Shown here in pieces: positions 27,284-36,954 of a stretch of 64,000 bases of DNA (the stretch's first letter is position 1; each line of letters starts with the position of its first letter). Position numbers and translations under genes: made by a program. The DNA comes from Pirellulaceae bacterium (GTDB taxonomy: Bacteria; Planctomycetota; Planctomycetia; Pirellulales; Pirellulaceae), in NCBI GenBank assembly GCA_041736515.1, contig JBGSTP010000242.1, positions 8,099-72,098 on the forward strand. Direction: 5' to 3'. The notes under the pieces were generated by a model. The model did no database searches, was not told the origin of the DNA, and saw nothing but the letters and a program-made list of their open reading frames with translations.

Positions 27284-28171
27284 ATGCCTATCAAGTATGC
27301 TCGCAAATTTGCTTTATGGCCGCAGTTCGCACCAGGCTTATGTGCTGTCGCGGTGAGCCTGGCTTTCGCTTCCGCATCCGCAGCGTTGGAGCCCGTTGTG
27401 CTCTGGCCGCTGGGCGCGCCCGGCGCGATTTCTAATCCGACCCCCGAAGTGCTAGAACCTGGAACATCCAATATCACGAATGTCCACAGCCCTTCGATCA
27501 CTCCCTATTTGCCAGCGGTTGGTAAATCGACCGGTGTGGCTGTGTTGGTTATCCCCGGTGGTGGGCATCGAAAGTTGTGTGTGGGGCATGAAGGCGAGAA
27601 TGTGGCGAAGTGGTTGGTGGACCATGGCATTGCCGCGTTTGTCCTAAAGTATCGTTTGGCCCGCGAAGAAGGTTCCACCTATACCATCGCAGAGCATGCG
27701 ATGGCCGACACCCGCAGAGCCGTTCGCACCATCCGCGCCCAAGCGGATCAATGGCACATTGATCCTCACAAGGTCGGAGCGATGGGGTTTTCAGCGGGAG
27801 GCGAGCTGGTGGCTTTGGCAGCCATGCACGGCGTGAGTGGAGATGCGGCCAGTAACGATCCTATCGAGAGGCAGGAGGCGCAGCTTGATTTTCAAGCTTT
27901 GATTTATCCAGGCCGTTCGGCAGATATTCAGCCAGAGCAGGGAAATCCGCCAGCATTTCTAGCCTGTTCGACCTATGATCGGCAAGATATTTCCGAAGGA
28001 CTCGCAGAGGCTTATCTGCGCTTTAAGCGCGCTGGAGTGGATGCCGAGCTGCACATTTATGCGACTAGTGGCCATGGCTTTGGCGTGGCGTCAAAAAACA
28101 CTGGCGCAATCGCAGGTTGGACCGATCGCTTCGCTGAATGGCTCGTCAGCAAAAAAATTTTGGCACAGTAA
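27284..28171 (+). CDS. secreted alpha/beta hydrolase (esterase/lipase-type)
   Basis: The listed ORF starts at TTG 27194. ATG 27284 gives a signal peptide, MPIKYARKFALWPQFAPGLCAVAVSLAFASASA. The oxyanion-type motif PGGGH, the nucleophile elbow GFSAGG and a C-terminal SGHGF are present. Confidence 0.8.
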   Translation: MPIKYARKFALWPQFAPGLCAVAVSLAFASASAALEPVVLWPLGAPGAISNPTPEVLEPGTSNITNVHSPSITPYLPAVGKSTGVAVLVIPGGGHRKLCVGHEGENVAKWLVDHGIAAFVLKYRLAREEGSTYTIAEHAMADTRRAVRTIRAQADQWHIDPHKVGAMGFSAGGELVALAAMHGVSGDAASNDPIERQEAQLDFQALIYPGRSADIQPEQGNPPAFLACSTYDRQDISEGLAEAYLRFKRAGVDAELHIYATSGHGFGVASKNTGAIAGWTDRFAEWLVSKKILAQ

Positions 28172-28197
28172 AGTTAGGTGCTGTGCGGCAGAGGAAT

Positions 28198-29109
28198 TTA
28201 CTGGGGTTCAGCGATGAGTGGCAGCCGGGCTTCACTTTGTTGAGCTAAGTGTTCGAGCAAGTAGATGAGCATGTGAGCCCGTACGTCGGCTGAAACCTTA
28301 GCAAGCGGTAGTTGGCCCTCGGTGCGCTCGAGCTGCCTCACCAGATGTACGTTGGTCGCTGTGTCGATGGGCTCTGAGAAACCTCCCGGCGGACACTCCA
28401 ACAGCGAGTCCACGATCGACGGATGCACATCACCAGTACCTGAGACCCATTTTTCTCGCGAGATGTCGTATTCCGTCGCAGCAGGTTGTTCTGACTGCGG
28501 AAAAGAACTGCGGAGCTTGGCCAAACGCTCATGTGCCGCACTTCTCTGCGAGCTTCTTCCAGCCGGAACAGGTATCGATACCAGGTCAATCTTGAAACGC
28601 GTACCGTCAAATCTCGCTTTCTGGCGGTCGAAGTGTTTCTGCAAATTCTCTTCGGTGAGATGCTTCTCTAGATAGCGTGCCCAAGAAAGCCGAAACTGGA
28701 TATGTTCACGCAGCTTTTCTGCAGCGATACCAGTTGGCCGGCAAAGTTCAACGGTTATTTCTTCAACCGACTTTTGCGTTTCGGCTGGCTTGGCGGAGCG
28801 TATCCAGAGGTCGATGGCCTTGTCGGGAACTGCCAGGCCTTGCGATTGCAGGGTCTGCAATGCCTGTCGCTGTAGCGCGAGCACATGGATGGCATTCTGC
28901 AGTGTTGAGTCTGGAATCTCGCCGAGATCTTCCTCACCATTCCGACCTAGAAAATAATCGAGGTCCTCGGTCAGGACGCTTTGCGCTCCGGTGCGCGCGA
29001 GCACTTTCAACTCGCGATCGGCGGAGGGAGCCTGAGCCGACAACCGCGTGCGGCAAGGGAACACTATCAGAAACAATAGAAGCAACGGAGCAATGCAGAC
29101 TCGACTCAC
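28198..29109 (-). CDS. hypothetical secreted protein, weakly SurA/parvulin (PpiC)-like
   Basis: The GTG start overlaps the upstream stop (GTGA), and a signal peptide is present. FDGTRFKIDLVSIPV ... PPGGFSEPIDTATNVHLV resembles a degenerate PpiC rotamase core. Functional confidence is low. Confidence 0.45.
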   Translation of the reverse strand: MSRVCIAPLLLLFLIVFPCRTRLSAQAPSADRELKVLARTGAQSVLTEDLDYFLGRNGEEDLGEIPDSTLQNAIHVLALQRQALQTLQSQGLAVPDKAIDLWIRSAKPAETQKSVEEITVELCRPTGIAAEKLREHIQFRLSWARYLEKHLTEENLQKHFDRQKARFDGTRFKIDLVSIPVPAGRSSQRSAAHERLAKLRSSFPQSEQPAATEYDISREKWVSGTGDVHPSIVDSLLECPPGGFSEPIDTATNVHLVRQLERTEGQLPLAKVSADVRAHMLIYLLEHLAQQSEARLPLIAEPQ

Positions 29110-30506
29110 GGCAGATCGATGTCCTTTAGCTCGTAGACGACCTTCTGCTTTGTGATTGCGGCAGGTGATTCATAAACCAATTTGTAATCGTTCGGATCGC
29201 CATTGATTTGAAAAAGGTAAGCAATGCCAACTGCATTGCCAGTAATGGCGTAGGTATTCAAGCCGACGTTTTCGATGCGCGTATCCTTGGCGTCCCGTAG
29301 ATAAGCCTCGTTGGACAGGATCCAACCACGGAACGAATCGAGGGCTCCCTGAGAGTCGCCAAATTCAACGAATACTCGCATTTCGAACACAGCGCCATTG
29401 CGTCGCGCGCCCTCCAATGTGACCGTAACGTCGCCATATTTCTCCGACTGTCGCGCACCATTGCCGAACTTTTGAAAGACATATTCATGACGGTCGCTGG
29501 GAACGGCGATCGAGAACTCGCCATTCAATTTGGTGATTCTTTTGGTCGAACGCTCCGGTCGCTCCAATTGCAAATCGATTTGGGCGCTGCATCCGCCTAG
29601 ATTCAATGGTATCTCCGGTGCCGCCTGCTGATTGCTGGCGGCCAGAGTTTTCCCATCGTCGGTCTCAGCCTTCAACGACGACATAGGAATCTGCATAAAA
29701 ACAGGCTTCAGTCGCGGTTCCCAGGAGACCAGAAAGGACAAATCGAGTTGACCATCGATGGGCGAATTAAAGCTCTTGGTAGATTTGATACTGAGCATGT
29801 CCATGCGAAATGGACCCGTGGTGAACGGTGGAGGAATTGTTGTAGGATCGACCCCACCTGGAGCCAGAACCAGCTCGCTTTCCGTCGTGCCAAAAGCGCT
29901 GACCCGCAATTTAGTTTGCGATAGCAGCGAACCAACGGCGACCCAAAAGGGCTGATCCTTGATATCGAATTCAACATCGACGTTGGCCATGCCTTCCGCG
30001 TTCTGCAACTGGATGGCATTCTTGGTCTGCTGCGTTAGCTGAGCTATTGCTTCCGACAGAGTCATGGTTCCACTCAGCGTGACCAACGACGCTTCGAAAT
30101 AGTTTTCAAGTTTCGTCTGCTGCAAGGATTGGCGAATGCGCTGCAAGCGAACTTTCATTTCTCCGGACGTCCGCGCCGTTACTTCCGGCAGAAAGGCAAG
30201 CACGGAGGGCCCCATCGCCACTAGCTCTTTCTCCGCTTGGTCCCGAACGCTCAATTCGCTCGCCTCGAGATCGCGCAGCGTCTTACGAATCGCCGGCAAC
30301 GTTACAGCATCGTCCTGCTCAGCGCTGGGAGTACTTGCGTTGCTTTCAGACGGCGACGGGGTTACCTCTTGGGAGATCCCGCGAGGCATGCTCAGCATCG
30401 CTGGGAAGAGTTGTGTTACAACCAGGATTGCTACCAAACGCAGCGCTGCGGAGGGTGATCGCCCGGTCGTAAACCGATTGAACAGCAAACATGTGGAGGG
30501 TTTCAT
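29106..30506 (-). CDS. hypothetical secreted protein
   Basis: The listed ORF is 29106..30542 (GTG start); I prefer ATG 30506. It has a hydrophobic leader, LRLVAILVVTQLFPAMLS. I recognise no family. It is translationally coupled to the downstream gene. Confidence 0.6.
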   Translation of the reverse strand: MKPSTCLLFNRFTTGRSPSAALRLVAILVVTQLFPAMLSMPRGISQEVTPSPSESNASTPSAEQDDAVTLPAIRKTLRDLEASELSVRDQAEKELVAMGPSVLAFLPEVTARTSGEMKVRLQRIRQSLQQTKLENYFEASLVTLSGTMTLSEAIAQLTQQTKNAIQLQNAEGMANVDVEFDIKDQPFWVAVGSLLSQTKLRVSAFGTTESELVLAPGGVDPTTIPPPFTTGPFRMDMLSIKSTKSFNSPIDGQLDLSFLVSWEPRLKPVFMQIPMSSLKAETDDGKTLAASNQQAAPEIPLNLGGCSAQIDLQLERPERSTKRITKLNGEFSIAVPSDRHEYVFQKFGNGARQSEKYGDVTVTLEGARRNGAVFEMRVFVEFGDSQGALDSFRGWILSNEAYLRDAKDTRIENVGLNTYAITGNAVGIAYLFQINGDPNDYKLVYESPAAITKQKVVYELKDIDLP

Positions 30507-30556
30507 AAGATAACCGTTACAGAGTGAATAATCGGCAAACACATCGTCTGCTCCTT

Positions 30557-31843
30557 ATGGTAACGCATGCACGGCGTCACTCGCTATCGCAGGAGGACGT
30601 AGAGTTGGAATATTCCTTCAGTTCGAGGATTCGCTTTGGGAGGGTTCGCGTGACGCTAGCCAGCAGAGTAAAAACGAAACGTGAGGACACTGCGAACGCT
30701 GCAGTACGCGCTGAGTGGGCTTGCAAGCCTCAAACAACCAGCTTGCTGGGGGCACTGCTGTTTGTGCTGTTACTGCACTGCAGCCTTTTCGAGAGTAGCG
30801 TCTGCTGCGCGCAGACGCCAGCGGCCGCAATGCCAGCACCTAAATTACTGGAAGTGGCGGTACCGGGAGGGAAGTTTGTAGGACTGCCTGTGCACTGGAG
30901 TCGCTTCGACGCCGTCGTGCTGGAACCAAGCGGTCAGCTGCAGATACTTGATCAATCGACCGTGACCTCACATCGCCTCCTCGAGCACGATTTCTCGCCT
31001 CAGACGTTAGTCGATGCGCGGAACAGCCTGCAGAATGACTTGGGTTCGCGCTACGAAACGATCGTATTTGGGCCGTACGTCATCGCGGCGCCCGTAGGGC
31101 AAACCGAGCGATGGAGGACACGATTCAGCGCGTTGTTGTCTGGCTATTTGCGTTACTTTGAAGTGCGCGGATGGCCGCTGGAGCGTCCCGACTTTCCATT
31201 GTGCGTTACCGTGTTTGCAACCCGCCAGGAATTTCTAGCGTATTCGGCCGCCCAAGTCCAACAATTGCCAGCCTCGATTGTTGGCAGCTACTTCCCTAGA
31301 TCGAATCGCTGTGTTTTATATCAGATCGAGAGCTTTGCCAACGAAGTCGATTGGTCGGAAACAGAAGCGACGATTGTCCACGAAGCCGTACATCAGTTGG
31401 CCTATAACACGGGTATCCACGAAAGACTGAGCATGGATCCGTTATGGTTTGTCGAGGGCTTGGCAAGTATGTTTGAGCAGCCCAATGTCTACGATTTGAG
31501 ACAACAGCAAAGTACGATTCAGAGCCGTATGTTGCTCGACAAGCGACAAAGACTCCAACCGCTGCTACAGCAGCCCGACGCGTTAGCCCATGCATTGACG
31601 AATTTGATCGGTAACGACGATTTATTCGCGCAAAATCCAACACTTGCCTACGATCTGGGCTGGGCCATGACTTTCTATATGGCGGAGCGCATGCCAACCG
31701 AGTTTCGGAATTATTACACATTGCTTAGCCAACGCAAGTTCGGCGATTACACTGAGGCTGAGCGAGCTCGCGATTTTCGTCAAGTGTTCGGTGGAGATAT
31801 AAGTCTACTGGCCGTCCAGATCACACGATTATTCAAGGAATGA
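30557..31843 (+). CDS. DUF1570-like protein with HExxH motif
   Basis: The ORF is open from GTG 30524, and candidate starts are GTG 30524, ATG 30557 and GTG 30650. It has a hydrophobic leader, LLGALLFVLLLHCSLF. TIVHEAVHQLAYNTG is the HExxH block I associate with DUF1570 (from memory). Confidence 0.6.
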   Translation: MVTHARRHSLSQEDVELEYSFSSRIRFGRVRVTLASRVKTKREDTANAAVRAEWACKPQTTSLLGALLFVLLLHCSLFESSVCCAQTPAAAMPAPKLLEVAVPGGKFVGLPVHWSRFDAVVLEPSGQLQILDQSTVTSHRLLEHDFSPQTLVDARNSLQNDLGSRYETIVFGPYVIAAPVGQTERWRTRFSALLSGYLRYFEVRGWPLERPDFPLCVTVFATRQEFLAYSAAQVQQLPASIVGSYFPRSNRCVLYQIESFANEVDWSETEATIVHEAVHQLAYNTGIHERLSMDPLWFVEGLASMFEQPNVYDLRQQQSTIQSRMLLDKRQRLQPLLQQPDALAHALTNLIGNDDLFAQNPTLAYDLGWAMTFYMAERMPTEFRNYYTLLSQRKFGDYTEAERARDFRQVFGGDISLLAVQITRLFKE

Positions 31844-32015
31844 TTCTCTTCCACACTTGGACCAGAGTTGATTCCTGACGACCCTGCTGGTTTCCAGGAG
31901 CTCTGTTATGATACCACTAGGCTGCTGGTAAAACCTCGCAGAGTGCACGGTGGTCAAACATAGTTGAGCATATGTCGAACGAGAGAAATTTTAGGATCTG
32001 GATGCGAGAAGTCGA

Positions 32016-33014
32016 TTGAAATTCTTATTGCCAATCATCATTGCGATACTCACAGGTTTGGGCACATGGGAAAACGTTAGTGCTCAGCAGCTACGCGTTG
32101 GAAATCAGAGCACGACTGTGGAGCTAATCGAGCAAGCAAAACTTGCTTTCCAGCTCAATGCAGACAAACTCAAATCGGCTGTAGCCTCCGGGGAAATCCA
32201 GCATCTGTTTTTTCGCTACGGCCAAGAACTGCCCATCGTGACTCTAGATGCAGATATCCAGATACTCTACGACGCGCCAAAGTTTTGCGTGCACATCCAG
32301 TATGCTAAGCGCTTGCAAGAAACCAGTGCAGTTGATCCAGAGAGCGAAACACCCGGTTGGCTCGAATCCAACCTGGCAGAGCAAACGCTTCTTTTCGATG
32401 GCCAGTCAATTACGACGGTTGAAAGAAACAGAAACGACGAGAAGCATGGCGACCTCTACTTCAACTTTCATAAAACAACCGTCCTGCGACAAGCGGGGTT
32501 GCCGTTCGAGAATCCTGTGGAATTGTCCACCGAAGCATTTAGAATCGACCGCGCAGACCTACTGAACGCGACGACGACGAGTCTGTCGGGTGGGGGATTC
32601 TTGGGAGTATTGAACAAAGAAACGTACCGGCTCAAGTTCTATTTGTTTGGCAGTTTCGGATACGACCTGCGTCGTGTGAGTTCCTATCGCCTCGGTGCAG
32701 ACGTGCCCTTTCGAGACTGGCATCTCAACTGGCTTGAATCCCACGGAGTCTATTACACGAACCGCATCATTAGTCGCCTCGACGAAGGTAGCGAGGAATC
32801 CAATGGAGCCGTACCGCACTATAAAACCAGACGACAGATCGAGATCGAATTCAAATCGTTTGAGGCCAATGTTGCGGTTGATCGGGCTAACTTCGAATTA
32901 TCGTCCCTGGATCTGCCTGTACAAACGCGTTTCTACGATCATCGCGTTAATGTGAACGGGAAACCCAAAGTGTTGCAGTGGAACGGGAAAGCATTAGTCG
33001 ACGCGGCTAATTAG
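32016..33014 (+). CDS. hypothetical secreted protein
   Basis: It has a TTG start and the signal peptide MKFLLPIIIAILTGLGTWENVSAQ. I recognise no family. Confidence 0.6.
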   Translation: MKFLLPIIIAILTGLGTWENVSAQQLRVGNQSTTVELIEQAKLAFQLNADKLKSAVASGEIQHLFFRYGQELPIVTLDADIQILYDAPKFCVHIQYAKRLQETSAVDPESETPGWLESNLAEQTLLFDGQSITTVERNRNDEKHGDLYFNFHKTTVLRQAGLPFENPVELSTEAFRIDRADLLNATTTSLSGGGFLGVLNKETYRLKFYLFGSFGYDLRRVSSYRLGADVPFRDWHLNWLESHGVYYTNRIISRLDEGSEESNGAVPHYKTRRQIEIEFKSFEANVAVDRANFELSSLDLPVQTRFYDHRVNVNGKPKVLQWNGKALVDAAN

Positions 33015-33026
33015 GAAACCAGCTGC

Positions 33027-33641
33027 CTAGCGTTTGCGATACAGCTCGATATGGAAGGGGCCGCGGAACATCAGCAGCAATGCGTCGGAGCGCGCATAGC
33101 GATCGAACACCACTTTTAGAAAGTGCTCCTCCCCAGGCCACGGATACGCGAATACGATCGCGAAGTCGTCCAAACGCATATTGTTGGCTTCATAGGCCGG
33201 TGGAATGTAGTGAGTTAGCGAAACGAGCGGGTCCGTGTCCTCAGCCAATCCCCGCGCTCCAGCAGGCAAAAAATTTCCTTGCCAGATCTCCGCCTCGATA
33301 CCATTCTTGCTAAACAGCTTGCGTCCCTCTGTACACAGCATTTCTTCGGCTTCAATACCAATGGCGTCCAGTCCCAGGATGGCCGCGATACCCGTTACCA
33401 CGGCAAAGCCACAGCCCCATTCGACGAACAATTTGCCATCGCTCAACTGCCGGTCGACAACTTCCACCAAGGCGCTCGCCACTAAATCGAAATCGCACTC
33501 AACATATTGCGGCAGCGGTTGTTTTGAGAAGTGGTCCCAGTAGAGTTCGATGCGTTCCCGGGCTGCGGCTATCCAGGTTTCAAGCGGCTTGAGTAGCGGT
33601 TGGTCATCCGACAGGTTCAGCGGAATTTCGATCAATGCCAT
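33027..33641 (-). CDS. putative class I SAM-dependent methyltransferase
   Basis: VEWGCGFAVVTG matches the motif I pattern (E/D)xGxGxG. The following GIEAEE supplies the acidic residue at the end of strand 2. Length is 204 aa. Confidence 0.5.
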   Translation of the reverse strand: MALIEIPLNLSDDQPLLKPLETWIAAARERIELYWDHFSKQPLPQYVECDFDLVASALVEVVDRQLSDGKLFVEWGCGFAVVTGIAAILGLDAIGIEAEEMLCTEGRKLFSKNGIEAEIWQGNFLPAGARGLAEDTDPLVSLTHYIPPAYEANNMRLDDFAIVFAYPWPGEEHFLKVVFDRYARSDALLLMFRGPFHIELYRKR

Positions 33642-33866
33642 CGGCGGCGTTCCTCTCGAACCAATTGTGTTGAGTCTTTAGTCAAGTTATCGCTCTAACG
33701 CAAAGTTTGCGCAGTATGCCCCGTTTTCGCGGAACAATACCTACAAATTCGATAATCCCAATTCGACCTTAATGATTGCCAGAGTTTCTAAATAGTTGCA
33801 ACCATTTTTTAGACGATAGGCGTCGAAGGAAGGGGAGTTGAGCCGACACTTGATCGCTAGCAATTC

Positions 33867-36800
33867 ATGTCGTCCGACCGACAATGTATTGAACTCCGTC
33901 CAGAATACAAGCGCATACAGGGAGTTGCGAGCAGCATGAGCTTACTAACCACAACACCGATCGCCTCAGGCTTTCCGTTGGTAATTCCCACGCAGACTCA
34001 AAGTCCCACAGCGAGGCTTGTGCTTCGCAATGACCTCGGACAAGTCATCCAGCAATGGCTCGTCAAGCAAATTAAATGTACTTTGGGAAGCGCTGCGAGC
34101 TGTTCGCTCCGCTGCGAGCTACCAAGAATCGCGCCGTACCACGCGCTGTTAGTAATCGGCGCGCGGCAAATTTTCATTCGCGCGCTGGCTCCGAAGCTAA
34201 CTCGGGATGGTCGACAATTCAACGAAATTCTGTTGACCGATGAAAATAGTCACTTCGAAATCGCCGGACATCGATTCGAACTGGCAAGAACTCATCAATT
34301 ATCCACCGAGCCTAGCAGACAAGCCACGCCCGCGAACACGGAGCGACTGAAGTTCACTTTGGCGCGGCCTTTTGAATTGAGTAATCGCCGCTCGGCTAGT
34401 CCCAAGCCAGTCAGTCCAATTCCCGTACTCGAGGAATCGAAACCACAGCATGAATCCAAGATTGCGACGCAGACTGATTCCAAATGGGTAGCTCAATTGA
34501 TTCAAGCTGCCATTCAGCCGATTGAGTGTCAACTGCACAATTTGATCGAACCGCTGACTGAACTACAGTCCGAATCACGTCGACAACAGCGATTGAGGAA
34601 GAAAAAACGAATTGCCAAGCAAAATCGACATGCTGCACAAATAGAAAAAGTCGAGAGCACAGGTCAAGTCAACGCGGTCGAACAGTTGTTGTCGGTGCAA
34701 GTAGAAGAAATTGTTGGAAAGCAAGCAGCCTCGATGGCGGTGCTCACCGAGAGAATTTCCGACGTGAACATGCAGTTGACCACAATCGAGCGAATCATCG
34801 CCGAAGATCGCAACTTGAGCGACCAGAAGTTGCTCGAAGAGGCCCAGAATAGTACTCTACTTGTCCAAAATACGGCCATCGAACAAGTACAAACCGGCAT
34901 AGTGGCTGTATCAGCCGCGCTGGAAAGTCTACAGTCGAAACAATCTCATGAACGTGGTGAGATTACCAATTGGCAAGCGGGCGTTCAGCAGCAATTAGAG
35001 TTGCTGACGCAGGTAATCGACAACATGACCGGCAGGTTTGCGGAGATTGTTGAGACAGTACAGCAGACTTCGGAGTTGGTCGTTGCACGCAGTCAGTCTC
35101 AGCAGCCAACCGAGCGACCCATTCATCAGTCCCTTTCGCCGATTGCGGAGCAGTCCATCGAACTGAGGCCCATCGAAGCACCTGTAGGGCTGACATCCGC
35201 GCCAGAATTTGTTCAAGTACCTGAGCATCGTTTACTACAGTCGGAGCACCTCGCAGAACGGCAGCTCCACAGTACGAATCTTGAGCATCCAACGGCATCT
35301 AATGCCGGCGACCGACAACAGGTCGAGAGTTCACCGTGGCCAGTGTTGGAACAAACAGTTTCCTCTGTCCCGGTGGACTGGAATTCACCAGTGGTAGACG
35401 ATGAATTTGCCGCCATGACGCAAGGTATGGAGCTAGCCCAAGAAGCAAATCAAAATCAAATTGCAGATTCTGCTGCCTCTCAGGCACCTGCTCAACCCGC
35501 AGCTCCAGTGTGGGAGTCTCCATCGCAAACCGAGCCAATCCCTGCTGCCAATTACAATGAAGAATTCTTGTTTGGTGGTATATCGGCTGAAGTACTCGAG
35601 CACCCCCTGGCACCAACACCTCAATGGCCAGCATGGAGTGAACGAGCGGTGTCGGGCACCGAGGATGCAGCGGTCGAAGGTTTGGTAAATGACGGATATC
35701 TCGAGCAGCTAGCTGATGTCCCTCACACTCCTGAGATCCTGCAATCTGATTACCGTTTGAATTCCGTGGCCCACGATGAGCGTAGCGCGGCAGACGAAAT
35801 CATGGATGAGGCGCAAGTAGCCAGTGATCCCGTGGGGGCGTTGCCGAGCTGGTGGGTAGATGATGGAGAGGATAGAAATACGCAAGACACTCTAGCTGCT
35901 GCCGAATTGGACTTTTCGAATCCACATGCGAATATCTTGGGTTATGAATCGAACCAAGGATTTGAAGATCAGGTTGCCGAGCGGGAACTTCTTAAGCGAT
36001 TCTCCGATGCATTCGAATCGACCGCGACTCCTTCCGCAGCGCCAACCAGTATCTCCTCCGCAGTAGAGCCTGCCAACCATCCTGAGTCGGAGGAGTTCTT
36101 TGGCTTAGGGGCCATCGCGTCTGACGTTGAACGAGAAAGCTTTTCAGACGCGGCAGCTCCACCGGCGGAGATTCTTCCGGAGCGTGCGGCTGAGCCCGAG
36201 TTTTATGGACTGGGGGCAGAGTCCGGGTCGAGGCACGTCGAGAAGGAAGAAGATTCTCTTCTCGACGGGCTAGAGAGTAACTCTGAAGTTGAGGTTGTGG
36301 AATTGCAGGCTGAACCGATGTCGGCGGGGCTTTCCGCCAACGACGAATTGAGCGATGTGGAGGAGGACAGTGTCGAAGACTACATGAAAAAGTTGTTGGC
36401 ACGAATGAGAGGTGTTCCTGAGGAGGAAGTCGAGCTCCCCAAAAGCCAACAATCCCCAGCCAAGCCAGTAGCCGAGTTGAATCCAACCCGTAATGAAAGA
36501 CCAACCGCACCGCCGCTTACCGTGGGAGTAACTTCTGCACCGACAACACAAAACACTTTTGAAGACATCACGGAGCCCTTCGATCCAGAAAAGTATATGC
36601 CGCGAGCATTGGCCCCAGAGCAATCCAAAAACTTGGCAGCTATGCGAGAATTGGCAAATTCGTCAGCACGCACAGCCATACACAAGAGCACGCGTCAACG
36701 CCATCTTAGTAGCATCCTTCTTAAAGCAGCGATTTCGTTTGTGGGGTTGGTTGTGGGTGCAGTCTTGATTGGAATCAACGGGCTCAATGTGAACATTGGT

Positions 36801-36950
36801 CTGGTTGCTACCGTAGCATCCTTTTTCGTGGGAGTTATCTGGGGATACGATGCGATCACCAGTATCAAGCCACTGTTGCAAGCTGGATTGGTATTGAAGC
36901 CTCAAACTGATTCGCGGCAGCAGGCTACCGAAGCGATAGTTGAGGAATAG
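33867..36950 (+). CDS. large hypothetical protein with four parts: an FHA-like N-terminal domain, a coiled coil, a long acidic disordered region and two C-terminal TM helices
   Basis: 1027 aa. Residues ~48-150 (TLGSAASCSLRC..HALLVIGARQIFIRAL..TRDGRQ..FEIAGHRFEL) follow the FHA pattern. The C-terminal hydrophobic helices are ILLKAAISFVGLVVGAVLIGI and IGLVATVASFFVGVIWGY. Confidence 0.6.
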   Translation: MSSDRQCIELRPEYKRIQGVASSMSLLTTTPIASGFPLVIPTQTQSPTARLVLRNDLGQVIQQWLVKQIKCTLGSAASCSLRCELPRIAPYHALLVIGARQIFIRALAPKLTRDGRQFNEILLTDENSHFEIAGHRFELARTHQLSTEPSRQATPANTERLKFTLARPFELSNRRSASPKPVSPIPVLEESKPQHESKIATQTDSKWVAQLIQAAIQPIECQLHNLIEPLTELQSESRRQQRLRKKKRIAKQNRHAAQIEKVESTGQVNAVEQLLSVQVEEIVGKQAASMAVLTERISDVNMQLTTIERIIAEDRNLSDQKLLEEAQNSTLLVQNTAIEQVQTGIVAVSAALESLQSKQSHERGEITNWQAGVQQQLELLTQVIDNMTGRFAEIVETVQQTSELVVARSQSQQPTERPIHQSLSPIAEQSIELRPIEAPVGLTSAPEFVQVPEHRLLQSEHLAERQLHSTNLEHPTASNAGDRQQVESSPWPVLEQTVSSVPVDWNSPVVDDEFAAMTQGMELAQEANQNQIADSAASQAPAQPAAPVWESPSQTEPIPAANYNEEFLFGGISAEVLEHPLAPTPQWPAWSERAVSGTEDAAVEGLVNDGYLEQLADVPHTPEILQSDYRLNSVAHDERSAADEIMDEAQVASDPVGALPSWWVDDGEDRNTQDTLAAAELDFSNPHANILGYESNQGFEDQVAERELLKRFSDAFESTATPSAAPTSISSAVEPANHPESEEFFGLGAIASDVERESFSDAAAPPAEILPERAAEPEFYGLGAESGSRHVEKEEDSLLDGLESNSEVEVVELQAEPMSAGLSANDELSDVEEDSVEDYMKKLLARMRGVPEEEVELPKSQQSPAKPVAELNPTRNERPTAPPLTVGVTSAPTTQNTFEDITEPFDPEKYMPRALAPEQSKNLAAMRELANSSARTAIHKSTRQRHLSSILLKAAISFVGLVVGAVLIGINGLNVNIGLVATVASFFVGVIWGYDAITSIKPLLQAGLVLKPQTDSRQQATEAIVEE

Positions 36951-36954
36951 CTTC

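Noticed and set aside
32016-33014. Impression of lower GC content around the secreted hypothetical gene, which might indicate horizontal transfer.
   Set aside because: Spot counts of 60-nt stretches gave about 48-52 percent GC, only slightly below neighbouring genes. There are no flanking repeats, tRNA or mobility genes. A sliding-window GC/codon analysis would be needed.
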